Shown: one piece after another, positions 1 to 8,710 of the stretch
How the letters are laid out: each line of letters starts with the position of its first letter
Position numbering within the stretch: the first letter of the stretch is position 1
Origin: Bacillota bacterium
GTDB taxonomy: Bacteria > Bacillota > Ch66 > Ch109
Reading direction: 5' to 3'
Length of the DNA stretch: 64,000 nucleotides
Assembly: GCA_050952625.1 (NCBI GenBank)
Contig: JBMNLH010000001.1
Span: 704,001 to 768,000, forward strand
Made by a program: the position numbers and the translations under genes
Notes under the pieces: generated by a model
Told to the model about the DNA's origin: nothing
The model's input: the letters and a program-made list of their open reading frames with translations, nothing else
Database searches by the model: none

Positions 1-453
1 AACCCGCCGTTAAGGTCGGAGAAGGACCGGCTGGCTTTGCTTGAAGGACTGGCTGACGGAACGATTGAGGTAATCGCCACTGATCATGCTCCCCATACCC
101 TGGAAGAGAAAGATTGTGAGTATAACTATGCGCCATTTGGTATTTCCGGGTTGGAAACCGCGGTCCCCCTGGTTTGGTCAGAGTTGATTGAAAAAAAGGT
201 AATAAGCCTTGAAAAACTAATAGCCTGTCTAACGGTCAATCCTGCCCGGATTCTAGGTTTGGCCAAGGGGAGTTTGGGGATCGGGGCAGAAGCTGATCTC
301 ACAATTATTGACCCAGATTTGGAGCAGGCGGTGAGAGTGGATGGTTTTATTTCTCAAGGTAAAAACTCTCCTTTCGACGGCTGGCAATTAAAAGGGTGGC
401 CGGTAGCCACAATTGTCAAGGGTCGGGTGGTAATGAAAAATGGTCAAGTTTAG
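1..453 (+). CDS. pyrC: dihydroorotase, C-terminal part (5' end outside window)
   Basis: NPPLR...IATDHAPH...GISGLET...KNSPF motifs; frame open from base 1. Confidence 0.93.
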   Translation, partial: NPPLRSEKDRLALLEGLADGTIEVIATDHAPHTLEEKDCEYNYAPFGISGLETAVPLVWSELIEKKVISLEKLIACLTVNPARILGLAKGSLGIGAEADLTIIDPDLEQAVRVDGFISQGKNSPFDGWQLKGWPVATIVKGRVVMKNGQV

Positions 454-598
454 GGACAGGTTCGCTGTCCCTCTGATCGCCATCGCTTAATTAGGCAAGA
501 CTTATTTTTGGGTAATTTTGAAATCTGTTCATTAAGTTGCTGAATGATTTTCAGCGATTTGATTGATGCAGCAATCATGTAATAGCTAATTCTTGATT

Positions 599-707
599 TG
601 AATCAAAAGACTCCCACTTCTAAAAGTGGGGGTTACCTTGTTAAATTTCAGGTGGAGTTGAGTCTCCATCTCAAGCCTCGATGTTCAGCGAAGCTGAACT
701 AGTTTAC
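599..707 (+). repeat. dispersed repeat family B copy 1 (IS200/IS605 right-end-like, multi-hairpin)
   Basis: Near-identical to 46334-46443 and to the reverse complement of 17822-17926. Confidence 0.85.
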
Positions 708-724
708 TTGTAACAGTACCAAAG

Positions 725-901
725 CTATAGGTTATTAAATCCATTTAAAGCAAGAGTTCCCAGTGCAGAGCCGGTTAGCCAACCTATTAGAAAACCCCAG
801 TTCCAATTATCGGCAAATAATCCCAGGAGTAAAAAAGCAAATAAACCCCCACCCGCAAAAATAACAAGACGTTGCCAGGTTTTAATACTTTTTTTCTTAA
901 T
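725..901 (-). CDS. small two-TM membrane protein, 58 aa, ATT start
   Basis: GGAGGTG SD (914-908) 6 nt before ATT; open frame (M)KKKSIKTWQRLVIFAGGVLFAFLLLGLFADNWNWGFLIGWLTGSALGTLALNGFNNL*; not in ORF track. Confidence 0.6.
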   Translation of the reverse strand: MKKKSIKTWQRLVIFAGGGLFAFLLLGLFADNWNWGFLIGWLTGSALGTLALNGFNNL

Positions 902-990
902 TTAAAACACCTCCAGACACAAGGTGTTTAAACAAGAGACCTTAAAATCATCAAAGACCAGCAAAAAACCTTTAATGGTTATCACGTCTT

Positions 991-1431
991 TCAGACAATC
1001 AGCTTAATCGATTTAATCTGATACCGGAATTCTCCGGCTGGTGCCTTAATTATAACCTGATCATCCACCTTTTTTAATAATAAGGTCCTGCCAACCGGTG
1101 ATAAGAATGATACATCATTGCTTCCCAAAGTATCTTGAAAAGGCGGAACGATCCGAAAGCTAAAGGCATCGTCGTTTTCCAGATCTTGAACTTCAACTTC
1201 ACTTCCGACAATAACAAAAGGAAAATCGTTTTCGGTTGCCTCGACAATTGAGACATTTTTAATGAAAAGATTAATTTTATTAAGGTAGTTGCTCAGTAAT
1301 TCTTTAAACTCTGAACGTTCTTTAGACGGATTCGGAAAATATTCTTCGATTAATTGGTCCTTTTTGTCTTCGATATCTACTAGATGGTTGATTAGTTTTT
1401 CGTGGGTTTCTTTGGTTAAAGTAGAAATCAT
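991..1431 (-). CDS. GreA/GreB-family-like factor with divergent N-terminal coiled coil
   Basis: C-terminal domain VIVGSEVEV...VSFLSPVGRTLL...APAG; AGGAGG SD. Confidence 0.85.
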   Translation of the reverse strand: MISTLTKETHEKLINHLVDIEDKKDQLIEEYFPNPSKERSEFKELLSNYLNKINLFIKNVSIVEATENDFPFVIVGSEVEVQDLENDDAFSFRIVPPFQDTLGSNDVSFLSPVGRTLLLKKVDDQVIIKAPAGEFRYQIKSIKLIV

Positions 1432-1520
1432 AAATGTATCCTCCTAAGACCATTTAATGGTAATGTTTTTAAAAAATACGGGAGGCACCCCGCTTGCTTT
1501 AGCGGGATGCCTTTAATATT

Positions 1521-1549
1521 AATCTAACAGAAAAGACAATGATTGTCAA
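1521..1549 (-). promoter_or_regulatory. sigma-A promoter for Gre-like gene
   Basis: TTGACA-17-TAGATT with extended -10 TG. Confidence 0.7.
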
Positions 1550-1702
1550 CAATGACTCATCTTTCCATTTAATATCAATAATTAAATTTAATGGATATCG
1601 TATTTATTAATCAATTATGGCCTTTCACTGTTAAGTTATTCTTATTTCTCCTATAATATACCGGATAGGAATTAATCAAATTAGTATTGTGAGGTCGATT
1701 GG

Positions 1703-2581
1703 ATGTCTTTGCTTTGTCTAGCCCCCATTTTAACGCAGCACGAGATTGCTCCCAGACATTTTCTGTTAACCTTTCGGGCTCCGGCAATGGCCAAAGTTGC
1801 TCAACCCGGGCAGTTTGTTCATGTTCATTGTGGAGATACTCTAGATCCACTATTACGCCGTCCCTTGAGTTTGCATGGCATAGACCGGACTACGGGAACG
1901 CTAACCCTTTTGTATCGGGTAGTCGGGAAGGGAACTGCCAGACTCAGTCGAATGCAGCCGGGTGAAGCCCTGGACGTAATGGGCCCTCTTGGTCGGGGAT
2001 TTAGTCTTTCTTTGCCTTTTGGTAAGGTGGTAAATGAGGCCGTGGTTGTCGGCGGCGGAATCGGTGTTGCCCCCTTGCTTCCCCTGATCGAGGCTTTATT
2101 GAATCAAGGTTCCCAGGTAACGGTTCTGTTGGGCGCCCGCTCGGCTGATGGTTTACTAAGATTAAAGGCCTTTGAGCAGACTGGGGCTCGGGTTGAGGTA
2201 GCCACCGATGATGGCAGCCTGGGGGTCAAAGGAAACGTCGCTGATCTGCTCACAACCAGAGGGACGGTTCTTCCGGCTGGGTCGAGCTGTGTCTATGCTT
2301 GCGGTCCGGTCCCAATGCTAAGGACCATTTGGCAAATGTGCGCTGCTCAGCAGGTCCCTTTGCAGGTGTCGCTGGAAGAGCGGATGGGCTGTGGCGTTGG
2401 AGCCTGTCTAGCGTGTGTCTGTCGAGTAACAAGAACTGATGAAGGCAAGAATAAGGAAATATCGGATGATAATTATATTAAATCTTCTTTAGTCCAAGCA
2501 GCTGAATTAGACTGGAAGTACGCCCGAGTCTGCGTAGAAGGACCGGTATTCTGGGGAGAGGAGGTGTTGCTTGATGAATAG
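1703..2581 (+). CDS. pyrK: dihydroorotate dehydrogenase electron transfer subunit
   Basis: [28 protein letters not shown]...C-GPVF; upstream of pyrD. Confidence 0.93.
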   Translation: MSLLCLAPILTQHEIAPRHFLLTFRAPAMAKVAQPGQFVHVHCGDTLDPLLRRPLSLHGIDRTTGTLTLLYRVVGKGTARLSRMQPGEALDVMGPLGRGFSLSLPFGKVVNEAVVVGGGIGVAPLLPLIEALLNQGSQVTVLLGARSADGLLRLKAFEQTGARVEVATDDGSLGVKGNVADLLTTRGTVLPAGSSCVYACGPVPMLRTIWQMCAAQQVPLQVSLEERMGCGVGACLACVCRVTRTDEGKNKEISDDNYIKSSLVQAAELDWKYARVCVEGPVFWGEEVLLDE

Positions 2582-3617
2582 TACAGCTAGCTTCCCCGGA
2601 GCAAAACCAGCCAATTCATATGGTTCGTGTAAGTTGCAGATGAGTGATTATAAGGAGCGCGAGGTCCAGAATCGCCGGGACCAAGTTGACAATAAACAGT
2701 CCCTGGTTAATCTGGCGGTTAATGTTGGCGGGATCCAGATGATTAATCCAGTCACCACCGGTTCAGGCACCTTCGGCTTCGGACCGGAATATGCCCCATA
2801 TCTTGACCTGCGTCAGCTTGGAGCAATTACCGTTAAGGGGACTACCCTGGAACCTCGTCTGGGCAACCCAGTGCCGCGGATAGTTGAGACACCAGCCGGC
2901 ATGCTCAATGCAATTGGATTGCAAAATCCGGGAGTTGAGGCCTTTATCCGTGACCATCTTCCTTACTTGCGGGAAGTGGGTGTGCCGGTAATCGTGAACA
3001 TTGCGGGCAACACTGTGGAAGATTACGCGGCAGTGGCTGAACGGCTGGATCAGGCCCCCGGCGTGGCTGGTCTGGAGGTCAATATTTCCTGCCCCAACGT
3101 CAAAAAAGGCGGACTGCAGTTTGGGACCGATCCGGTTATGGCCGCTGAGGTTATCGGCGCGGTCCGAGCTTCGACCAAACTACCGGTTATTGCTAAATTA
3201 TCCCCCAACGTCACCAATATTGTCGCCATGGCGGAAAGCGTGGCCCAGGCGGGGGCCGATGCCCTTTCCTTGATTAATACTTTGCTGGGAATGGCGATTG
3301 ATGTCCAGGCGCGAAAACCAGTGCTGGCCAATGTGGTGGGCGGGCTGTCCGGCCCTGCGATTAAGCCGGTAGCGGTCCGGATGGTCTGGCAGGTCGCTCA
3401 GGCCGTTGACTTGCCGATTATTGGCATGGGCGGGATAACCACCGCCGAAGATGCCTTAGAGTTCATCCTGGCCGGAGCTACCGCCGTCGCGGTCGGAACC
3501 GCGAATTTTATTAATCCCCGGGCGACTTTGGAGGTAGTCGCGGGTCTGGCCGCCTACTGTGAGGCAAACGGAATTAAAGATATTAATGATTTGGTTGGCT
3601 GGGCCTGGAAAATGTAA
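2571..3617 (+). CDS. pyrD: dihydroorotate dehydrogenase (class 1B) catalytic subunit
   Basis: [28 protein letters not shown]; ~45-aa N-terminal extension. Confidence 0.95.
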   Translation: MMNSTASFPGAKPANSYGSCKLQMSDYKEREVQNRRDQVDNKQSLVNLAVNVGGIQMINPVTTGSGTFGFGPEYAPYLDLRQLGAITVKGTTLEPRLGNPVPRIVETPAGMLNAIGLQNPGVEAFIRDHLPYLREVGVPVIVNIAGNTVEDYAAVAERLDQAPGVAGLEVNISCPNVKKGGLQFGTDPVMAAEVIGAVRASTKLPVIAKLSPNVTNIVAMAESVAQAGADALSLINTLLGMAIDVQARKPVLANVVGGLSGPAIKPVAVRMVWQVAQAVDLPIIGMGGITTAEDALEFILAGATAVAVGTANFINPRATLEVVAGLAAYCEANGIKDINDLVGWAWKM

Positions 3618-3683
3618 CTTGTTAGCCTGCTACACCTTGGGACAACAGGGATTAAAAGTAAACACCCAATAATATTTGTCTAT

Positions 3684-3711
3684 AAAGAGAAGGAACGAAA
3701 GAGAAGGAACG
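3684..3711. repeat. tandem 14-bp duplication
   Basis: AAAGAGAAGGAACG x2. Confidence 0.8.
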
Positions 3712-3750
3712 GTTTTTTAGAGACTAGATATAAGAACGGAGTTGAGCTGA

Positions 3751-4482
3751 TTGTCTTTAGATGTCAAACAACGCTTAATTGTGGCTTTGGATGTGGATAC
3801 ACGAACCGAGGCCGAAAGACTGGTGGAAGCATTAGAGGGACAGGCCGGGGCGTTTAAGGTTGGAATGCAGTTATATAACAGTGAGGGGCCGGAGATCGTG
3901 CGCAGCCTGATGCAACGAGGCGGTAAGGTTTTTGTGGACCTTAAGTTTCACGATATCCCTAACACCGTTGTGCAGGCTGGCCGGGTCATGACCCGGTTGG
4001 GCGTTTTTATGTATAATCTCCACGTCGCCGGTGGTCAAGAAATGATGCGGCAAACAGTAGCCGCCACCCATGAGGAGGCCAAAGCTGCTGGGGTTAATCC
4101 TCCCCTGGTCTTAGGCGTGACTGTCTTAACCAGCATCACCCCTCAGCAGTTACGCGAAGAAATCGGCGTTGACCGTGACCTGACTGAACAGGTAGTGAAA
4201 TGGGCTAAATTGGCTCAGGAAGCCGGTCTGGATGGGGTAGTGGCTTCCCCTCAGGAGATTCAGGCCATTCGCCAGGCCTGCGGACCGGAGTTTCTGATCG
4301 TTACCCCGGGGGTTCGACCAGCGGGGTCCCAGTTGAATGACCAGAAACGGGTAATGACTCCCGGTGAGGCTATTGCTGCCGGGGCCTCTTATTTAGTAGT
4401 GGGCCGGCCAATTACCGGAGCAGCTGACCCGGCCGCCGCTGCTCAGGCGATTGTTCAGGAGATGGACAAGGCTGGTAGATAA
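3751..4482 (+). CDS. pyrF: orotidine-5'-phosphate decarboxylase
   Basis: LIVALD, DLKFHDIPNT, VTPGVRP. Confidence 0.96.
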   Translation: MSLDVKQRLIVALDVDTRTEAERLVEALEGQAGAFKVGMQLYNSEGPEIVRSLMQRGGKVFVDLKFHDIPNTVVQAGRVMTRLGVFMYNLHVAGGQEMMRQTVAATHEEAKAAGVNPPLVLGVTVLTSITPQQLREEIGVDRDLTEQVVKWAKLAQEAGLDGVVASPQEIQAIRQACGPEFLIVTPGVRPAGSQLNDQKRVMTPGEAIAAGASYLVVGRPITGAADPAAAAQAIVQEMDKAGR

Positions 4483-4595
4483 TAATTGTTAGGGAGGAGT
4501 AAGGGGTGAGGAGCGAGGGGTAAAGTAAAAAACAATCATAATAAAATGTGTCGGGATAAATAATCGAAAAGAAAGGTGGTGTCAGCCTGGTTTCT

Positions 4596-4808
4596 GGCAG
4601 CATTACCGCAAGGAGCACCAAGCGTAAACCCTACTGCGTTGCTAAATACGCACCGAAAGTTGGACGCGGATAGATATAAACAGGCGGTGGGTAACCCTTT
4701 TCGTGCCGAACGCATGGACCGCCGGTTATAAACTACCCGAAGCATCAGCGAGAGTTGGTGTCTAAGTAGCTGAATCCGGTAATGCTGCCTCCCGTCGGTC
4801 GGCGGGAG
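4596..4808 (+). ncRNA. candidate structured non-coding RNA, family unassigned
   Basis: Perfect 13-bp closing inverted repeat (4596-4608/4777-4789), several nested helices with G-U pairs and GNRA loops, 3' hairpin. Confidence 0.5.
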
Positions 4809-4881
4809 AGAAATCTAAATATATCTGAACAATCCTGTATCAACTAGATATATTTAGTTATCAGAAACCAGGATATATTGA

Positions 4882-5493
4882 GTGAGGAATCAATCAGCTT
4901 GCCAGTTGCAACCCTTGACCGAGGAAGAGGCTCTATTTATGTTTAAGGATTCCCAGGCCCTTTTAGAGGGGCACTTCCGGTTAACTTCCGGTCGGCACAG
5001 CAACCAGTATATGCAGTGTGCCCGGGTGCTGCAGTACCCGGCTTACGCCAGCCGGTTGGGGGCAGAACTGGCCCGTCGTTTTCGAGAGGCCGAGGTGCAG
5101 GTCGTGATTGGACCAGCGATGGGCGGGATTGTGCTGGCCCAGGAGGTGGCCCGGGCCTTGGGCGGTCAGGTCAGGAGTCTTTTTGCCGAGCGCGAAAACG
5201 GTGTTATGAGTCTCCGACGCGGATTTTCCTTGGAACCAGGAGTACGGGTGCTGGTGGTGGAAGATGTAATCACGACCGGAGGATCAGTTCAGGAGGTAAT
5301 TGAACTGGTCAAAAACCTGGATGGCGAGGTAGTCGGCGTCGGAGTCCTGGTAGACCGCAGCGGGGGTCAGGTTAGTTTTGCGGTGCCTAAGGAAGCAGTC
5401 TTGACGCTGGAGATTGTGTCATATCCGCCGGAAGCTTGTCCTTTATGCGACCAGGGCTTGCCAGTGGTTAAGCCGGGCAGTCGTTCAGTCTAG
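4882..5493 (+). CDS. pyrE: orotate phosphoribosyltransferase
   Basis: GHFRLTSGRHS, VVEDVITTGGS PRPP loop, KPGSR end. Confidence 0.95.
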   Translation: MRNQSACQLQPLTEEEALFMFKDSQALLEGHFRLTSGRHSNQYMQCARVLQYPAYASRLGAELARRFREAEVQVVIGPAMGGIVLAQEVARALGGQVRSLFAERENGVMSLRRGFSLEPGVRVLVVEDVITTGGSVQEVIELVKNLDGEVVGVGVLVDRSGGQVSFAVPKEAVLTLEIVSYPPEACPLCDQGLPVVKPGSRSV

Positions 5494-5685
5494 TTAGGCT
5501 GCCCGACTTCCTTCAACTTCTTTAGATAGTGCGTATAGCCGCCTGAGTAACGTTAAGATCAAGTTCCTCATCTTCCTGTAACTACTGTTAGGTTAAATAA
5601 CCGGCTCACCGTGCTAAGGCCCAATTTTCATTGGTGGTTGTGCCTGGTGGCCATGGGCGTTAATACGCCATCCAGGAAGATAAAC

Positions 5686-5755
5686 AAAAACATTGATAGA
5701 CTCAAAAACATGATAGACTCAAAAACATTGATAGACTCAAAAACATTGATAGACT
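5686..5755. repeat. tandem repeat, 4 x ~18 bp
   Basis: AAAAACATTGATAGACTC units without spacers; copy 2 lacks one T. Confidence 0.9.
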
Positions 5756-5777
5756 AAAGAAAAGATTTAATAATAAG

Positions 5778-5817
5778 ACATAAAATAGGCACTGGCATTG
5801 GACCAGTGCCTTTTATG
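5778..5817. terminator. bidirectional intrinsic terminator
   Basis: AGGCACTGG/CCAGTGCCT stem with A/T tracts, between convergent genes. Confidence 0.7.
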
Positions 5818-5985
5818 TTGGGATTTCAAAGCTAGCCCTTAGTAACAAAAGAGCAGATGAAGCAATGTACCGGGGCAAAAACAACTAAAAATTATATTAT
5901 GTGACTTTCCCAGAGGGGGCTCTTTGTTTGAACTCAATAATTTGAACAAGGTCGTTTCCAAATTAATCCGCTAATCTTAAACATG

Positions 5986-6981
5986 TTAACTAACAGCCCG
6001 ATCCGCAACCGGTTCCTTGCGCCCCACGGTGGCCTGCCATTTGCCGCATCGGTCTCCCCAGCGGGCAATAACAACACTGTTAAGTTTTAAAGTGACTATT
6101 TCACAGGCATTAGGACAACCGTTGCATTCCCGGTTGGAAGAGACAAAGGTCTGTTCAGCAATATTGAAGCCACGAAAACGGGTGGCTGAACGACTTATTT
6201 CTATTTCCTCTTGAGCCAGTAAAGCTGCGCCAATTGCCCCCATTACCTCATAATGCGGCGGAACAATAACCTCCATTTTAAGTGCTTTTTCAAAGGCACG
6301 GTGCATGGCTTGATTAGCCGCGACTCCTCCTTGAAAGACAACGGGGGACATAATCTCTTTGCCTTTGCCGACGTTGTTTAAATAATTGCGAACCAGGGCC
6401 TCACATAAGCCGGCCAAGAGATCGGGCAGATTATGACCGATCTGTTGTTTGTGGATCAGGTCGGATTCAGCAAAAACCGCGCAGCGGCCAGCAATCCGGA
6501 CTGGATTTCTGGACTGCAGAGCAGTTGGCCCAAATTTTTCGATGGGCAGATTCAAACGGGTCGCCTGATGATCAAGAAAAGAACCAGTGCCAGCAGCACA
6601 CACTGTATTCATGGCAAAGTCGACGGCTACCCCTTCTCGGAGGATGATAATCTTTGAGTCCTGTCCCCCAATCTCCAGAATCGTCCTCACCCCCGGAACC
6701 AAAGCACTGGCTGCCACTGCGTGGGCGGTTATTTCATTTTTGACCACATCTGCCCCGGCCACGGCTCCGGCTAGGTGTCGACCACTGCCGGTGGTACCGA
6801 CGCCGACTACCTTAATTGTTGGATCAAGACGTTGTTCTATTATCTGCAGACCCTTTTGGACAATTGTGGATGGTTGCCCCTGGGTTCGTAAGTAGATCGA
6901 TTCTAATACCTGTCGGTGCTGATCGAGCAGCACCATTTTGGTGGTGACTGACCCTACATCTATTCCGAGATAGGCTCGCAA
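5986..6981 (-). CDS. acyl-CoA dehydratase activase (BadF/BadG/BcrA/BcrD ATPase family)
   Basis: GIDVGSVTTK, EIGGQDSK, CAAGTGSF, RCAVFAES, C-terminal CxxCxxxC...C. Confidence 0.9.
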   Translation of the reverse strand: MRAYLGIDVGSVTTKMVLLDQHRQVLESIYLRTQGQPSTIVQKGLQIIEQRLDPTIKVVGVGTTGSGRHLAGAVAGADVVKNEITAHAVAASALVPGVRTILEIGGQDSKIIILREGVAVDFAMNTVCAAGTGSFLDHQATRLNLPIEKFGPTALQSRNPVRIAGRCAVFAESDLIHKQQIGHNLPDLLAGLCEALVRNYLNNVGKGKEIMSPVVFQGGVAANQAMHRAFEKALKMEVIVPPHYEVMGAIGAALLAQEEIEISRSATRFRGFNIAEQTFVSSNRECNGCPNACEIVTLKLNSVVIARWGDRCGKWQATVGRKEPVADRAVS

Positions 6982-7253
6982 GCTGCATCCTGCTCCTTTC
7001 GAACTGGACTATTCATTATCCTATTTTGGACCTATTAACGCAAAACTATTAATATAGTATGCAGATTTTTATCGGTCTGTATACATTTTATGGATTGCCG
7101 GATTGATGTATAATAAAAGAATTAATAAAACTATAAATGAGACTCTATAAACGGAGTAAATCGATTAGGAATATAATCCAAGTGCTGAAAGGATGGTAAG
7201 CCGGACCCGTGTCCCTTAGATATCGTGAGGGTGCCGGTTACGGCTGAGTAGCG

Positions 7254-8549
7254 ATGAAAATTAAATTTGGTTATGGTTCTGGTTGGCAAGAATTTGAAAT
7301 AAGCGAAGATAATCTAATCAAAGAATTAAGAACGAATCCAATCCCAAAGGGAAGAGATGAGGCAGACGAGATCCGTTATGCCTTAAACAATCCGATTGGT
7401 TCAGCGCGCCTCAGGGAAATTGTGAAACCAGGCGAAAAGATCGTGGTCATTACCAGTGATATTACCCGGCCAATGCCATCACGGCGAGTGTTGCCCTATG
7501 TTTTAAAGGAACTGGCAATCGCCGGCGTAAAAGAGACGGATATTAGAATTGTGCTGGCTTTGGGCAGTCATCGTCACCATACTGAGGAAGAGAAGATTTA
7601 CCTAGTTGGAGAGGAAATCTATCAACGGGTAGAGGTTATGGATAGCGATCCTAAGGACTGCGTTCTCCTCGGTACTACCGGCCAGGGGACCCCAGTTGAA
7701 ATATACCGGCCGGTGGCGGAAGCGGACCGTCGGGTGTGTCTGGGCAACATTGAGTACCATTACTTTGCCGGCTATAGCGGTGGGGCCAAAGCGATCATGC
7801 CCGGAGTCTCAACCCGGCGGGCGATTCAAAGCAATCATCAGATGATGGTTCAACCAACGGCCCGGACTGGGGTATTGGACAATAACCCGGTCCGCCAGGA
7901 CATTGAAGAAGCGGTTCAACTGATCCCGATTGATTTTATTCTTAACGTGGTTCTTGATGATCATAAACGAATCGTTAAGGCAGTGGCCGGGCATTATCAG
8001 TTGGCGCACCGGGAAGGCTGTCGTTTCTTGGACAAATTGTATAAGATCGAGATTCCTTCTCTAGCCGATATTGTGGTAACCACCCCTGGAGGACAGCCCA
8101 AAGACATAAATCTCTACCAGGCCCAGAAGGCCCTGGATAATGCCCAGCATGCCGTTCGACCAGGGGGGATAATTATCCTAGTCGCTGCCTGTAGTGAGGG
8201 CTTGGGGGAGAAGGTTTTTGAAAGGTGGATGCTTAACGCGGCCGACCCCGGTCAGATGGTGCATAATATCCAATGCAACTTCGAATTGGGCGGTCATAAG
8301 GCTGCGGCGATTGGGATGATCCTGGAGAAAGGCCCGGTATTTCTGGTCTCAGAGATGGAATCAGCTTTTGTTCGACGCTTGTTTATGAAACCTTTTAGGA
8401 CCGTAAGTTTGGCCCTGAATCAGGCTTTTGAGGAATTAGGTAAAGAGGCAGGGATTATCCTGATGCCGGTAGGCGGATCGACCTTGCCGATCCTAACAGG
8501 ACTGGATACAAAGGATTTTAAGCTTAACCATAAACCAACCTTTAACTAA
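7254..8549 (+). CDS. larA: LarA-family nickel-pincer racemase/epimerase
   Basis: SDITRP, ALGSHR, HYFAGYSGGAK, DINLYQAQKAL. Confidence 0.85.
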   Translation: MKIKFGYGSGWQEFEISEDNLIKELRTNPIPKGRDEADEIRYALNNPIGSARLREIVKPGEKIVVITSDITRPMPSRRVLPYVLKELAIAGVKETDIRIVLALGSHRHHTEEEKIYLVGEEIYQRVEVMDSDPKDCVLLGTTGQGTPVEIYRPVAEADRRVCLGNIEYHYFAGYSGGAKAIMPGVSTRRAIQSNHQMMVQPTARTGVLDNNPVRQDIEEAVQLIPIDFILNVVLDDHKRIVKAVAGHYQLAHREGCRFLDKLYKIEIPSLADIVVTTPGGQPKDINLYQAQKALDNAQHAVRPGGIIILVAACSEGLGEKVFERWMLNAADPGQMVHNIQCNFELGGHKAAAIGMILEKGPVFLVSEMESAFVRRLFMKPFRTVSLALNQAFEELGKEAGIILMPVGGSTLPILTGLDTKDFKLNHKPTFN

Positions 8550-8559
8550 TGCTATTAGG

Positions 8560-8608
8560 GCAACCGCCGAGAGTCCTCCCCGTTACAATGGGAGATGAAA
8601 GGTGGCCT
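8560..8608 (+). mobile_element. possible degenerate IS200/IS605 end remnant
   Basis: GCAACCGCCGAGAGTCCTCCC...GGGAGATGAAAGGTGGC imperfect hairpin resembling clostridial IS605 ends; no transposase nearby. Confidence 0.3.
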
Positions 8609-8710
8609 GATAAACATCTGCCATGGAAAAATCTCTGTTTCTCAAATTTTAACCTAGGTTAATGTCTTCCTAAATATAATCGTTAATTGTTTTGAGAAGG
8701 AGTTGTCGGG

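Noticed and set aside
452-471. GGGACAG/CTGTCCC hairpin after pyrC
   Set aside because: Single copy with no U-tract; cannot distinguish REP from stabilising hairpin.
454-1700. PyrR-binding attenuator
   Set aside because: No AGTCCAGAGAGGC-type loop in any pyr intergenic region in the window.
4570-4673. 28-codon CTG-start ORF behind AAAGGTGGTG
   Set aside because: Short, non-canonical start, no recognisable product; the RNA structure explains the region better, though a leader peptide is not excluded.
5494-5560. Minus-strand YSGGYTHYLKKL fragment resembling an ABC-F motif
   Set aside because: Too short and preceded by a stop codon; could be chance.
5686-5755. Possible CRISPR array
   Set aside because: Repeats are contiguous with no spacers and there are no cas genes.
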